DNA of 60,485 bases from a virus. Taxonomy: Duplodnaviria; Heunggongvirae; Uroviricota; Caudoviricetes. A model generated the notes under the pieces. The model made no database searches and was not told where the DNA came from. It was given only the letters and a program-made list of their open reading frames with translations. The stretch is taken from positions 1 to 60,485 of the IMG/VR virus record IMGVR_UViG_2671181056_000013; one strand, written 5' to 3'. Shown one piece after another: positions 1 through 10,084 of the stretch (position 1 is the stretch's first letter; the number at the start of each line of letters is the position of its first letter). The translations under genes were made by a program, and so were the position numbers.

Positions 1-35
1 AAGCCACTGGAGCACCTCAAAAACACCATCATACA

Positions 36-497
36 CTAAATCAGTAAGTTGGCAGCATCACCGCCACTTTCCAGTTCTTCCACCCAGGCCTGCGGGACAC
101 TGAAATCGAGACGAAAAACCCCGATATCCCAGGTATAGCTCCCACCCTGAACAAGTTGCTCAAATGTTAAACATTGCTTACCGCTGGCGAAGTTATCGCT
201 ATTAATGCCTAACCGCTTGATAACTTCTCTTGATAAACATGTTTCTTGCGGGTTGTCTTTAACAATAATCTCATATTTCCCGCGCCATTGCTTATTGACA
301 TAAATATCGATGTCATACTGCCCCGGTAAGGGTTGATTATCATCAAGACGAATATTTGCAACCTGCTGGTCTTTCATTCCACCTATCATAAAATGGGTAT
401 CAAAGGTTTCTTCAGCTGCATAAGCTTCAATGCCGAGCAATAACGCTACGATTGCTGATGCAAGTGGGGTCATTCTCAACATAGGCAGCTCCTGCAA
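36..497 (-). CDS. yehB: fimbrial usher, N-terminal 153 codons only (signal peptide plus N-terminal domain); ORF stops 35 nt from window edge
   Basis: Translation has a signal peptide and usher N-terminal-domain-like sequence, and sits directly downstream of the chaperone gene as in chaperone-usher operons. A TAG at 36-38 ends it far short of a full usher. Confidence 0.5.
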   Translation of the reverse strand: MQELPMLRMTPLASAIVALLLGIEAYAAEETFDTHFMIGGMKDQQVANIRLDDNQPLPGQYDIDIYVNKQWRGKYEIIVKDNPQETCLSREVIKRLGINSDNFASGKQCLTFEQLVQGGSYTWDIGVFRLDFSVPQAWVEELESGGDAANLLI

Positions 498-1217
498 TTA
501 AATTTTGTCACTAATATAGTTGCCATGGTCATCGATAATGGTCAGATGCCAGTTATTTGCATTATTACTTTTGACATTAACACTCTGACTTTCTAAGGGG
601 GCAATCATAATAGTTTCATAATTGACTTTGACATTATTAGCTTTGACATCCGAGATCGTCACCCAATTAGCTGAGTCATTTTTTATCACCAAACCATTGC
701 CACTGCGATTTACCAGCAATTTTTTAAATGTCGCTTTATTTACCGGAGCAATACCCGCTGGTCGGTAAAACAACTTAATTCTGTTTTGCATCGCAAACTT
801 CAGTGCATTCTTACCTTCTTGCTCTGGACTATTTGGTGGAATATCCAGAACATTCAGATAAAAAATGCTTTCTTTATTAGTGGGCAGTTTATTCGGCATA
901 ATTTTGATTTTTACTTGCTGCCCGGAATTTGCCCCTATTTTTGCCACTGGTGGCGTTAACATGAAAGGAACCTGAATTTTTTCTGGTGGTAATGACGTAT
1001 CGCCATCATCAATCCACGCCTGCAGCAGCGAAGAACGGTTTCCCTGGTTCATCAACTGCACCATCACTTCTTTATTTTCTGCCGGGTAAATAATGCGCGT
1101 CCCGTAGATAACAATTCCGGCATGTGCAGGAAGGACCATAGAAAAAATGAGTAAAGATAATAATCCTTTCATTTTAATGCCTCTTAAATTAAAAGGCCGC
1201 CATGGGATAGCGGCCAT
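498..1217 (-). CDS. yehC: periplasmic fimbrial chaperone (PapD-like)
   Basis: 239 aa with signal peptide and a PapD/FimC-like N-terminal motif (GIVIYGTRIIYP); lies between subunit and usher genes. Confidence 0.85.
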   Translation of the reverse strand: MAAIPWRPFNLRGIKMKGLLSLLIFSMVLPAHAGIVIYGTRIIYPAENKEVMVQLMNQGNRSSLLQAWIDDGDTSLPPEKIQVPFMLTPPVAKIGANSGQQVKIKIMPNKLPTNKESIFYLNVLDIPPNSPEQEGKNALKFAMQNRIKLFYRPAGIAPVNKATFKKLLVNRSGNGLVIKNDSANWVTISDVKANNVKVNYETIMIAPLESQSVNVKSNNANNWHLTIIDDHGNYISDKI

Positions 1218-1251
1218 GTTTATTACCTGGAGAAACTTACAATTTTATTTA

Positions 1252-1794
1252 TTAATCCTGCGCCACACGCATAACCAGAGAAGATAACACATCACCTGAT
1301 TGCACTGAGTTATCTGTCAGTTTCAGGTATTTTGCTTTAAACGGAATAGCATATTGACCTTCCGCTGTTTTATAACTCTCAATGTTAAAAGGTGCAGAAA
1401 CATCCAGGACATCGCTGTTATCACCTAAATAGAGATAGTAACCCACGGTATCGTTGCTACTGGCTATCGCCTTATCGTTACCGGTTATTTTATCGTTGGT
1501 AATCAACGAGAGTTTTACACCAGCAACTTCTTTCGGGCAGCTAATTTTTAACATGCTGCTGGTTACACCGACTGCATCATCATAGGTAGAATATTTAGCT
1601 TTACCTTCAAAGACAGTGGTTGGTACAGTCGGCATATTAATACTTACTGAATCACCACCCGCTTCGAATTTACACGGAGATTCTGCAATATTCCCCTTAA
1701 TAGTTAATGTTCCGGTATCAACGTCTGCAGCAAATACTCCAGCGCTCATAAAAAAAGAAGAAAAGACAGCGGCAGCAATAATTGAACGTTTCAT
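1252..1794 (-). CDS. yehD: fimbrial major subunit
   Basis: 180 aa with signal peptide and fimbrillin-like sequence; first gene of the operon, AT-rich upstream region. Confidence 0.8.
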   Translation of the reverse strand: MKRSIIAAAVFSSFFMSAGVFAADVDTGTLTIKGNIAESPCKFEAGGDSVSINMPTVPTTVFEGKAKYSTYDDAVGVTSSMLKISCPKEVAGVKLSLITNDKITGNDKAIASSNDTVGYYLYLGDNSDVLDVSAPFNIESYKTAEGQYAIPFKAKYLKLTDNSVQSGDVLSSLVMRVAQD

Positions 1795-2035
1795 AATATG
1801 TTCCTTAATAAAATTTTTTTTGGTTGTTAAGAGTCTGTATCTCTTGGAAACAAATTTCTCACATCAAAAAAGTTACCGCAATGTAAACACATTGTTTTAT
1901 TTATTTGAAACAAATTAACCATTGCAATATAAATACAACAAATATTTAAGAGTATTAACTATTTATCGCATCTATCAATTAATGTAGATTTATGTAAATG
2001 GTATTGTTGATATCAATAAAAATCAGGTTGCCAAA

Positions 2036-2317
2036 TTAATCGTAGCGATTTAACACGATTCGACGTTTGCTATCGCTACCTGCAACAACCACTTCTGTCG
2101 TTACACCTTTGACGGGCGAAGAAAACAGATGACGGGTGTCAACATTATACGTTAACTGACCACAATGCGGTTGAGGTTGACCATTAACCATAGCCATACT
2201 GCATGTTGGGGGACTGATCCTGCCATTAATCGCTAATGTGGCAGTCTCTGAAGAGAATGCGGGAGAAGCCAATCCATAGGCAAGAAAAATAATTCCTGAC
2301 AGCCAATACTTATTCAT
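2036..2317 (-). CDS. yehE: small secreted protein, YehE-like
   Basis: 93 aa ORF with N-terminal signal peptide between the fimbrial operon and mrp, matching the E. coli gene order yehD-yehE-mrp-metG. Confidence 0.6.
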   Translation of the reverse strand: MNKYWLSGIIFLAYGLASPAFSSETATLAINGRISPPTCSMAMVNGQPQPHCGQLTYNVDTRHLFSSPVKGVTTEVVVAGSDSKRRIVLNRYD

Positions 2318-2561
2318 TGAAGGTTATGCCTGGATAGAATGAGTGCATAACAAACTATAGCTGTACATCCACTACACAGCCACGAAGGATGATAATGAAG
2401 CATTGCCTGTATGATCAATCGACTTTGTAGAGTTTCGGACGAAGGTCCGCAGAATATTCGCAGTATTAAATAAGTGTTCATTAATGCGGCAAAAACTAAT
2501 ACACCGCATCAATGTAACATCTCTGCGGTGTATGAAGAATAACCAGAATGGTTAATAGGCG

Positions 2562-3671
2562 TTAGACCGCGCGGAAGGAAATCTCGCCTGGAATGACTTC
2601 ACCCTGCCAGTAGAGCTGAGCTGCAACGCGGTCAGCCAGCTGGCGGTAGATAGCGGTAAATTCGCTCTCCGGACGGCTGATAACCGTTGGCGTGCCTTTA
2701 TCGAGATCCTCACGTAAGGAGATGTGTAACGGCATCTGCCCCAGCAGCTGTGTGTGGTATTTTTCAGCCAGTTTCTCTGCACCACCGGTACCGAAAATCG
2801 GTTCATGGTGACCACAGTTACTGCAAATATGCACACTCATGTTCTCGACAATACCAAGCACCGGAACCTCGACTTTCTCGAACATCACAATGCCTTTTTT
2901 CGCATCGATCAAAGCGATGTCCTGCGGGGTGGTGACCACGACTGCACCAGTTACTGGAATGTTTTGCGCCAGCGTCAATTGAATGTCACCGGTGCCTGGC
3001 GGCATATCAAGCACCAGATAGTCGAGATCCGGCCACAAGGTTTCCTGCAACATCTGCATTAACGCCTTGCTCGCCATCGGTCCACGCCACACCATCGCAT
3101 TGTCGTCAGTGACCAGATAACCAATTGAATTGGTTGCCAGGCCATGAGACATAATCGGTGCCATATGGGTACCGTCCGGCGAAGTTGGACGCTGATTTTC
3201 TGCGCCCAGCATGGTGGGAATTGATGGGCCGTAGATATCGGCGTCCAGAATGCCGACTTTCGCCCCTTCCGCCGCCAGTGCCAGCGCCAGGTTTACCGCC
3301 GTGGAGGATTTACCCACGCCGCCTTTACCGGAACTGACCGCAATGATGTTCTTCACACCATTAATACCCGGCTGATTCTTCACGCGTTTTAAGGTGGCGA
3401 TATTGTGCGACAGTTTCCAGTCGATAGCTTTCGCCCCGGTGATACGCAGCAGTTCGGCGCTACATTGCTCTTTTAACTCTTCAAACGCGCTATGCCAGAC
3501 GAATGGCATAACCAGTTCCACATGCAACGTGTCGTCCATCCAGGCGACATGGTGCAACGCGTTCAGCGTGGTGAGGTTATGCTTCAGGGTTGGGTGCTGA
3601 AAATTGGCCAGTGTCCCGGCGACCATTGCGCGCAAGGCTTCTGGTGATTTGGCCTGGGATTGTTCGTTCAT
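2562..3671 (-). CDS. mrp: Fe-S cluster carrier ATPase Mrp/ApbC, copy 1
   Basis: P-loop GKGGVGKS and CxxC motif. Start set at MNEQSQ (369 aa); the ORF track begins 10 codons further upstream. Confidence 0.9.
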   Translation of the reverse strand: MNEQSQAKSPEALRAMVAGTLANFQHPTLKHNLTTLNALHHVAWMDDTLHVELVMPFVWHSAFEELKEQCSAELLRITGAKAIDWKLSHNIATLKRVKNQPGINGVKNIIAVSSGKGGVGKSSTAVNLALALAAEGAKVGILDADIYGPSIPTMLGAENQRPTSPDGTHMAPIMSHGLATNSIGYLVTDDNAMVWRGPMASKALMQMLQETLWPDLDYLVLDMPPGTGDIQLTLAQNIPVTGAVVVTTPQDIALIDAKKGIVMFEKVEVPVLGIVENMSVHICSNCGHHEPIFGTGGAEKLAEKYHTQLLGQMPLHISLREDLDKGTPTVISRPESEFTAIYRQLADRVAAQLYWQGEVIPGEISFRAV

Positions 3672-3802
3672 CCCGACTCCTTTTTTGTATAGATAAACCA
3701 TCAGCTGATAGTTTACCTGAAGAATATAGAGAAGTACTTACTTAACATTTTCCCATTTGGTACTATCTAACCCCTTTTCACTATTAAGAAGTAATGCCTA
3801 CT

Positions 3803-5221
3803 ATGACTCAAGTCGCGAAGAAAATTCTGGTGACGTGCGCACTGCCGTACGCTAACGGCTCAATCCACCTCGGCCATATGCTGGAGCACATCCAGGCTGA
3901 TGTCTGGGTCCGTTACCAGCGAATGCGCGGCCACGAGGTCAACTTCATCTGCGCCGACGATGCCCACGGTACACCGATCATGCTGAAAGCTCAGCAGCTT
4001 GGTATCACCCCGGAGCAGATGATTGGCGAAATGAGTCAGGAGCATCAGACTGATTTCGCAGGCTTTAACATCAGCTATGACAACTATCACTCGACGCACA
4101 GCGAAGAGAACCGCCAGTTGTCAGAACTTATCTACTCTCGCCTGAAAGAGAACGGTTTTATTAAAAACCGCACCATCTCTCAGCTGTACGATCCGGAAAA
4201 AGGCATGTTCCTGCCGGACCGTTTTGTGAAAGGCACCTGCCCGAAATGTAAATCCCCGGATCAATACGGCGATAACTGCGAAGTCTGCGGCGCGACCTAC
4301 AGCCCGACTGAATTGATCGAGCCGAAATCGGTGGTTTCTGGCGCTACGCCGGTAATGCGTGATTCTGAACACTTCTTCTTTGATCTGCCCTCTTTCAGCG
4401 AAATGTTGCAGGCATGGACCCGCAGCGGTGCGTTGCAGGAGCAGGTGGCAAATAAAATGCAGGAGTGGTTTGAATCCGGCCTGCAACAGTGGGATATCTC
4501 CCGCGACGCGCCATACTTTGGTTTTGAAATTCCGAACGCGCCGGGCAAATATTTCTACGTCTGGCTGGACGCACCGATTGGCTACATGGGTTCTTTCAAG
4601 AATCTGTGCGACAAGCGCAGCGACAGCGTAAGCTTCGATGAATACTGGAAGAAAGACTCCACCGCCGAGCTGTACCACTTCATCGGTAAAGATATTGTTT
4701 ACTTCCACAGCCTGTTCTGGCCTGCCATGCTGGAAGGCAGCAACTTCCGCAAGCCGACCAACCTGTTTGTTCATGGCTATGTGACGGTGAACGGCGCAAA
4801 GATGTCCAAGTCTCGCGGCACCTTTATTAAAGCCAGCACCTGGCTGAATCATTTTGACGCTGACAGCCTGCGTTACTACTACACTGCGAAACTCTCTTCG
4901 CGCATTGATGATATCGATCTCAACCTGGAGGATTTCGTTCAGCGTGTGAATGCCGATATCGTGAACAAAGTGGTTAACCTGGCCTCTCGTAATGCGGGCT
5001 TTATCAACAAGCGTTTTGACGGCGTGCTGGCAAGCGAACTGGCTGACCCGCAGTTGTACAAAACCTTCACTGATGCCGCTGAAGTGATTGGTGAAGCGTG
5101 GGAAAGCCGCGAATTTGGTAAAGCAGTGCGCGAAATCATGGCGCTGGCTGATCTGGCTAACCGCTATGTCGAAGTGGCCTTAAACAATTTGTTTTCTACC
5201 TTTTCTTGTTCGAGAAAATAA
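3803..5221 (+). pseudogene. metG: metG 5' portion (about 456 codons) fused in frame to phage-like sequence, ending after 16 unrelated codons
   Basis: Class I aaRS motif HLGH and KMSKS are present. MetG-like sequence stops at 5172/5173 where the full copy continues ...RYVDEQAPW; here it reads ...[19 protein letters not shown]. Confidence 0.8.
5183..5220 (+). promoter_or_regulatory. about 40-bp phage promoter-like element, copy 1 of 3 (AAACAATTTGTTTTCTACCTTTT...GAGAAAATAA)
   Basis: A 23-nt stretch is identical to 12203-12225 and near-identical to 16091-16113; possible -35 TTGTTT and -10 GAAAAT/GATAAT. Confidence 0.4.
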
Positions 5222-5253
5222 CGTTCCTTTGTCTGGTGCTATGTACCGATCAG

Positions 5254-5300
5254 TTGCACTGAGTGAGCTTCTTTCATGTATACTGTGTAAATGAACAGTA
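5254..5300 (+). promoter_or_regulatory. sigma70-like promoter (TTGCAC ... TATACT) overlapped by a LexA/SOS box TACTGTGTAAATGAACAGTA
   Basis: CTGT-N8-ACAG palindrome at 5281-5300, matching the LexA consensus at 16 of 20 positions by my alignment, about 17 nt upstream of the umuD'-like start. Confidence 0.65.
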
Positions 5301-5316
5301 TTGAGGGCAAAACGCT

Positions 5317-5706
5317 ATGGGCTTCCCTTCTCCTGCGGCGGATTATGCTGAGAGCCGTATTTCTCTTGATCAGCAGATAATTAGACATCCTTCAGCGACC
5401 TACTTCATGAGAGCAGCTGATAGTCATCATCGTGAGGGAATATTACAGGGTGCATTGCTGGTGGTTGATTCCTCACTTACCCCGGTTGATGGTTCTCTGC
5501 TTGTATGCGCTCTGGATGGGGAATATCGCGTAAAAAGATACCGGAAGTCTCCACGTCAGCATCTGGAGGATTTAAGAACCGGTAAGAAGGAAGCATTGCC
5601 AAAGGATGACGATGGATGCACGGGCAGCAATGCCGTGTTTGGTGTGATCACTCACATTATCAACGACGCAAGAAGTGGCGAGTTTGATGATTGTCCTGTG
5701 ATGTAG
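5317..5706 (+). CDS. UmuD'-like S24 peptidase-family protein, natively starting at the position equivalent to UmuD Gly25
   Basis: MGFPSPAADY...HPSATYF...VFGVITHII aligns with E. coli UmuD from the Cys24/Gly25 cleavage site onward. Good RBS GAGGG; in-frame TGA at 5302-5304 excludes a longer N-terminus. Confidence 0.8.
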   Translation: MGFPSPAADYAESRISLDQQIIRHPSATYFMRAADSHHREGILQGALLVVDSSLTPVDGSLLVCALDGEYRVKRYRKSPRQHLEDLRTGKKEALPKDDDGCTGSNAVFGVITHIINDARSGEFDDCPVM

Positions 5707-5718
5707 GAGAACTGATTA

Positions 5719-5745
5719 GGCGGTGCAATGCACCGCCTTTTTATC
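5719..5745 (+). terminator. intrinsic terminator (GGCGGTGCA-A-TGCACCGCC plus T-run)
   Basis: Perfect 9-bp stem followed by TTTTT, placed between the convergent umuD'-like gene and mrp copy B. Confidence 0.6.
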
Positions 5746-6844
5746 ACACTGCGCGGAATGCGATTTCGCCAGGTATTACTTCACCTTGCCAATACATTTG
5801 GGCAGCAACGCGATCTGCGAGGTCACGATAAATAGCCGTAAATTCGCTATCTGGACGACTAATAACGGTTGGTGTTCCGTTATCCAGATCTTCACGAAGA
5901 GAGATATGAAGTGGCATTTGGCCTAACAACTGCGTGTTGTATTTCTCGGCCAGTTTCTGTGCTCCACCGGTGCCAAAAATTGGCTCGTGATGACCGCAGT
6001 TACTGCAAATATGCACACTCATGTTTTCAACGATACCCAGTACCGGCACTTCGACTTTTTCGAACATCACAATGCCTTTCTTCGCATCGATCAGCGCGAT
6101 GTCTTGCGGCGTAGTTACCACAACCGCACCAGTTACAGGAATGTTCTGCGCCAGCGTCAATTGAATATCACCAGTGCCCGGTGGCATATCGAGAACGAGA
6201 TAGTCCAGATCAGGCCACAGTGTTTCCTGCAACATCTGCATCAGCGCCTTGCTCGCCATCGGTCCACGCCACACCATTGCATTGTCATCGGTGACCAGAT
6301 AACCAATAGAGTTGGTTGCCAGGCCATGAGACATGATAGGTGCCATGTGAGTACCGTCCGGTGAGGTTGGACGTTGGTTTTCCGCGCCCAGCATGGTTGG
6401 AATTGATGGACCATAGATATCGGCATCCAAAATACCAACTTTCGCACCTTCAGCAGCCAAAGCCAGTGCCAAGTTTACTGCTGTGGAGGATTTACCCACG
6501 CCGCCCTTGCCTGAGCTGACGGCGATAATGTTCTTAACGCCATTAATGCCTGGTTGGTTTTTGACGCGCTTAAGCGTGGCAATGTTGTACGACAGCTTCC
6601 AGTCAATAGCCTTTGCGCCAGTGATACGGAGCAGATCACCACTACATTGCTCTTTCAGGTCTTCAAAAGGCTTATTCCACACGAAAGGCATGATTAGTTC
6701 GACATGCAGTGTGTCATCCATCAACGCAACATGGTGTAACGCTTTAAGCGTAGTCAAGTTGTGTTTCAGGGTTGGGTGCTGAAAATTAGCCAGCGTACCG
6801 GCTACCATTGCTCTCAGGGCATCCGGCGATTTGGACTCGCTCAT
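5744..6844 (-). CDS. mrp: Mrp/ApbC, divergent copy B
   Basis: 366 aa with the same motifs as copy 1, but many synonymous and some non-synonymous differences; its flanking non-coding DNA is unrelated to copy 1. Confidence 0.85.
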   Translation of the reverse strand: MSESKSPDALRAMVAGTLANFQHPTLKHNLTTLKALHHVALMDDTLHVELIMPFVWNKPFEDLKEQCSGDLLRITGAKAIDWKLSYNIATLKRVKNQPGINGVKNIIAVSSGKGGVGKSSTAVNLALALAAEGAKVGILDADIYGPSIPTMLGAENQRPTSPDGTHMAPIMSHGLATNSIGYLVTDDNAMVWRGPMASKALMQMLQETLWPDLDYLVLDMPPGTGDIQLTLAQNIPVTGAVVVTTPQDIALIDAKKGIVMFEKVEVPVLGIVENMSVHICSNCGHHEPIFGTGGAQKLAEKYNTQLLGQMPLHISLREDLDNGTPTVISRPDSEFTAIYRDLADRVAAQMYWQGEVIPGEIAFRAV

Positions 6845-7001
6845 CCCGTCTCCTTTATTTTAATTTGCGCAATTGTCGCCTTGTAGTGTACTCCAGCTAC
6901 GACATTTAATCATTTATGAGAAATGCTGTTATCACATGGCAGACATAAGGCCATTTTGTTACTATCAAGCCCCTTTTCACTACAAAGAAGTAATGCCTAC
7001 T

Positions 7002-8837
7002 ATGACCCAAGTCGCGAAGAAAATTCTGGTGACGTGCGCGCTGCCGTACGCTAACGGCTCAATCCACCTCGGCCATATGCTGGAGCACATCCAGGCTGAT
7101 GTCTGGGTTCGTTACCAGCGAATGCGCGGCCACGAGGTTAATTTCATCTGTGCCGACGATGCCCACGGTACGCCAATCATGCTGAAAGCACAGCAGCTTG
7201 GTATCACACCGGAACAGATGATTGGCGAAATGAGTCAGGAACATCAGACTGATTTCGCAGGCTTTAACATCAGCTATGACAACTATCACTCGACGCACAG
7301 CGAAGAGAACCGTCAGTTGTCCGAGCTTATCTACTCTCGCCTGAAAGAAAACGGTTTTATTAAAAACCGCACCATCTCACAGCTGTACGATCCGGAAAAA
7401 TGCATGTTCCTGCCGGACCGTTTTGTAAAAGGCACCTGCCCGAAATGTAAATCCCCGGATCAATACGGCGATAACTGCGAAGTCTGCGGCGCGACCTACA
7501 GCCCGACTGAACTGATCGAGCCGAAATCGGTGGTTTCTGGCGCTACGCCGGTAATGCGTGATTCTGAACACTTCTTCTTTGATCTGCCCTCTTTCAGCGA
7601 AATGTTGCAGGCATGGACCCGCAGCGGTGCGTTGCAGGAGCAGGTGGCAAATAAAATGCAGGAGTGGTTTGAATCCGGCCTGCAACAGTGGGATATCTCC
7701 CGCGACGCGCCATACTTTGGTTTTGAAATTCCGAACGCGCCGGGCAAATATTTCTACGTCTGGCTGGACGCACCGATTGGCTACATGGGTTCTTTCAAGA
7801 ATCTGTGCGACAAGCGCAGCGACAGCGTAAGCTTCGATGAATACTGGAAGAAAGACTCCACCGCCGAGCTGTACCACTTCATCGGTAAAGATATTGTTTA
7901 CTTCCACAGCCTGTTCTGGCCTGCCATGCTGGAAGGCAGCAACTTCCGCAAGCCGACCAACCTGTTTGTTCATGGCTATGTGACGGTGAACGGCGCAAAG
8001 ATGTCCAAGTCTCGCGGCACCTTTATTAAAGCCAGCACCTGGCTGAATCATTTTGACGCTGACAGCCTGCGTTACTACTACACTGCGAAACTCTCTTCGC
8101 GCATTGATGATATCGATCTCAACCTGGAGGATTTCGTTCAGCGTGTGAATGCCGATATCGTGAACAAAGTGGTTAACCTGGCCTCTCGTAATGCGGGCTT
8201 TATCAACAAGCGTTTTGACGGCGTGCTGGCAAGCGAACTGGCTGACCCGCAGTTGTACAAAACCTTCACTGATGCCGCTGAAGTGATTGGTGAAGCGTGG
8301 GAAAGCCGCGAATTTGGTAAAGCAGTGCGCGAAATCATGGCGCTGGCTGATCTGGCTAACCGCTATGTCGACGAGCAGGCTCCGTGGGTGGTGGCAAAAC
8401 AGGAAGGCCGCGATGCCGACCTGCAGGCAATTTGCTCAATGGGCATAAACCTGTTCCGCGTGCTGATGACTTACCTGAAGCCGGTACTGCCGAAACTGAC
8501 CGAGCGCGCAGAAGCATTCCTCAATACAGAACTGACCTGGGATGGTATCCAGCAACCGCTGCTGGGCCACAAAGTGAATCCGTTCAAAGCGCTGTATAAC
8601 CGCATCGATATGAAGCAGGTTGAAGCACTGGTGGAAGCGTCTAAAGAAGAAGTGAAAGCAGCTGCCGCGCCAGTTACTGGCCCACTGGCAGATGATCCGA
8701 TTCAGGAAACCATCACCTTTGACGACTTCGCAAAAGTTGACCTGCGCGTGGCGCTGATCGAAAACGCAGAGTTTGTTGAAGGTTCTGACAAACTGCTGCG
8801 CCTGATGCGGTGTATGAAGAATAACCAGAATGGTTAA
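7002..8837 (+). CDS. metG: methionyl-tRNA synthetase copy B, truncated after about codon 601 and read through into 10 junction codons
   Basis: Near-identical to the other metG copies except scattered SNPs. Junction at 8805/8806 joins metG to sequence equal to 2524 onward. The ORF-track N-terminal extension (6873-6992) is treated as artefact. Confidence 0.8.
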   Translation: MTQVAKKILVTCALPYANGSIHLGHMLEHIQADVWVRYQRMRGHEVNFICADDAHGTPIMLKAQQLGITPEQMIGEMSQEHQTDFAGFNISYDNYHSTHSEENRQLSELIYSRLKENGFIKNRTISQLYDPEKCMFLPDRFVKGTCPKCKSPDQYGDNCEVCGATYSPTELIEPKSVVSGATPVMRDSEHFFFDLPSFSEMLQAWTRSGALQEQVANKMQEWFESGLQQWDISRDAPYFGFEIPNAPGKYFYVWLDAPIGYMGSFKNLCDKRSDSVSFDEYWKKDSTAELYHFIGKDIVYFHSLFWPAMLEGSNFRKPTNLFVHGYVTVNGAKMSKSRGTFIKASTWLNHFDADSLRYYYTAKLSSRIDDIDLNLEDFVQRVNADIVNKVVNLASRNAGFINKRFDGVLASELADPQLYKTFTDAAEVIGEAWESREFGKAVREIMALADLANRYVDEQAPWVVAKQEGRDADLQAICSMGINLFRVLMTYLKPVLPKLTERAEAFLNTELTWDGIQQPLLGHKVNPFKALYNRIDMKQVEALVEASKEEVKAAAAPVTGPLADDPIQETITFDDFAKVDLRVALIENAEFVEGSDKLLRLMRCMKNNQNG

Positions 8838-8843
8838 TAGGCG

Positions 8844-9953
8844 TTAGACCGCGCGGAAGGAAATCTCGCCTGGAATGACTTCACCCTGCCAGTAGAGCTG
8901 AGCTGCAACGCGGTCAGCCAGCTGGCGGTAGATAGCGGTAAATTCGCTCTCCGGACGGCTGATAACCGTTGGCGTGCCTTTATCGAGATCCTCACGTAAG
9001 GAGATGTGTAACGGCATCTGCCCCAGCAGCTGTGTGTGGTATTTTTCAGCCAGTTTCTCTGCACCACCGGTACCGAAAATCGGTTCATGGTGACCACAGT
9101 TACTGCAAATATGCACACTCATGTTCTCGACAATACCAAGCACCGGAACCTCGACTTTCTCGAACATCACAATGCCTTTTTTCGCATCGATCAAAGCGAT
9201 GTCCTGCGGGGTGGTGACCACGACTGCACCAGTTACTGGAATGTTTTGCGCCAGCGTCAATTGAATGTCACCGGTGCCTGGCGGCATATCAAGCACCAGA
9301 TAGTCGAGATCCGGCCACAAGGTTTCCTGCAACATCTGCATTAACGCCTTGCTCGCCATCGGTCCACGCCACACCATCGCATTGTCGTCAGTGACCAGAT
9401 AACCAATTGAATTGGTTGCCAGGCCATGAGACATAATCGGTGCCATATGGGTACCGTCCGGCGAAGTTGGACGCTGATTTTCTGCGCCCAGCATGGTGGG
9501 AATTGATGGGCCGTAGATATCGGCGTCCAGAATGCCGACTTTCGCCCCTTCCGCCGCCAGTGCCAGCGCCAGGTTTACCGCCGTGGAGGATTTACCCACG
9601 CCGCCTTTACCGGAACTGACCGCAATGATGTTCTTCACACCATTAATACCCGGCTGATTCTTCACGCGTTTTAAGGTGGCGATATTGTGCGACAGTTTCC
9701 AGTCGATAGCTTTCGCCCCGGTGATACGCAGCAGTTCGGCGCTACATTGCTCTTTTAACTCTTCAAACGCGCTATGCCAGACGAATGGCATAACCAGTTC
9801 CACATGCAACGTGTCGTCCATCCAGGCGACATGGTGCAACGCGTTCAGCGTGGTGAGGTTATGCTTCAGGGTTGGGTGCTGAAAATTGGCCAGTGTCCCG
9901 GCGACCATTGCGCGCAAGGCTTCTGGTGATTTGGCCTGGGATTGTTCGTTCAT
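8844..9953 (-). CDS. mrp: Mrp/ApbC, copy 2 (identical to copy 1)
   Basis: Translation is identical to 2562-3701; the DNA repeat runs from 8806, offset 6282 from copy 1. Confidence 0.9.
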   Translation of the reverse strand: MNEQSQAKSPEALRAMVAGTLANFQHPTLKHNLTTLNALHHVAWMDDTLHVELVMPFVWHSAFEELKEQCSAELLRITGAKAIDWKLSHNIATLKRVKNQPGINGVKNIIAVSSGKGGVGKSSTAVNLALALAAEGAKVGILDADIYGPSIPTMLGAENQRPTSPDGTHMAPIMSHGLATNSIGYLVTDDNAMVWRGPMASKALMQMLQETLWPDLDYLVLDMPPGTGDIQLTLAQNIPVTGAVVVTTPQDIALIDAKKGIVMFEKVEVPVLGIVENMSVHICSNCGHHEPIFGTGGAEKLAEKYHTQLLGQMPLHISLREDLDKGTPTVISRPESEFTAIYRQLADRVAAQLYWQGEVIPGEISFRAV

Positions 9954-10084
9954 CCCGACTCCTTTTTTGTATAGATAAACCATCAGCTGATAGTTTACCT
10001 GAAGAATATAGAGAAGTACTTACTTAACATTTTCCCATTTGGTACTATCTAACCCCTTTTCACTATTAAGAAGTAATGCCTACT

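Noticed and set aside
1616-1918. 100-aa plus-strand ORF overlapping the yehD 3' region.
   Set aside because: Antisense to a well-supported fimbrial subunit gene and AT-rich low-complexity; not credible.
4121-4852. Long antisense ORFs inside metG and mrp (for example 4121-4852, 7377-8051, 10403-11653, 2687-2935, 5869-6114, 8969-9217).
   Set aside because: They lie entirely within well-supported aaRS and Mrp coding sequence on the opposite strand and recur identically in each copy; treated as frame artefacts.
6873-6992. 40-codon N-terminal extension of metG copy B in the ORF track.
   Set aside because: The other copies start at the conserved MTQVAKK; the extension only reflects absence of an upstream stop in divergent intergenic DNA.
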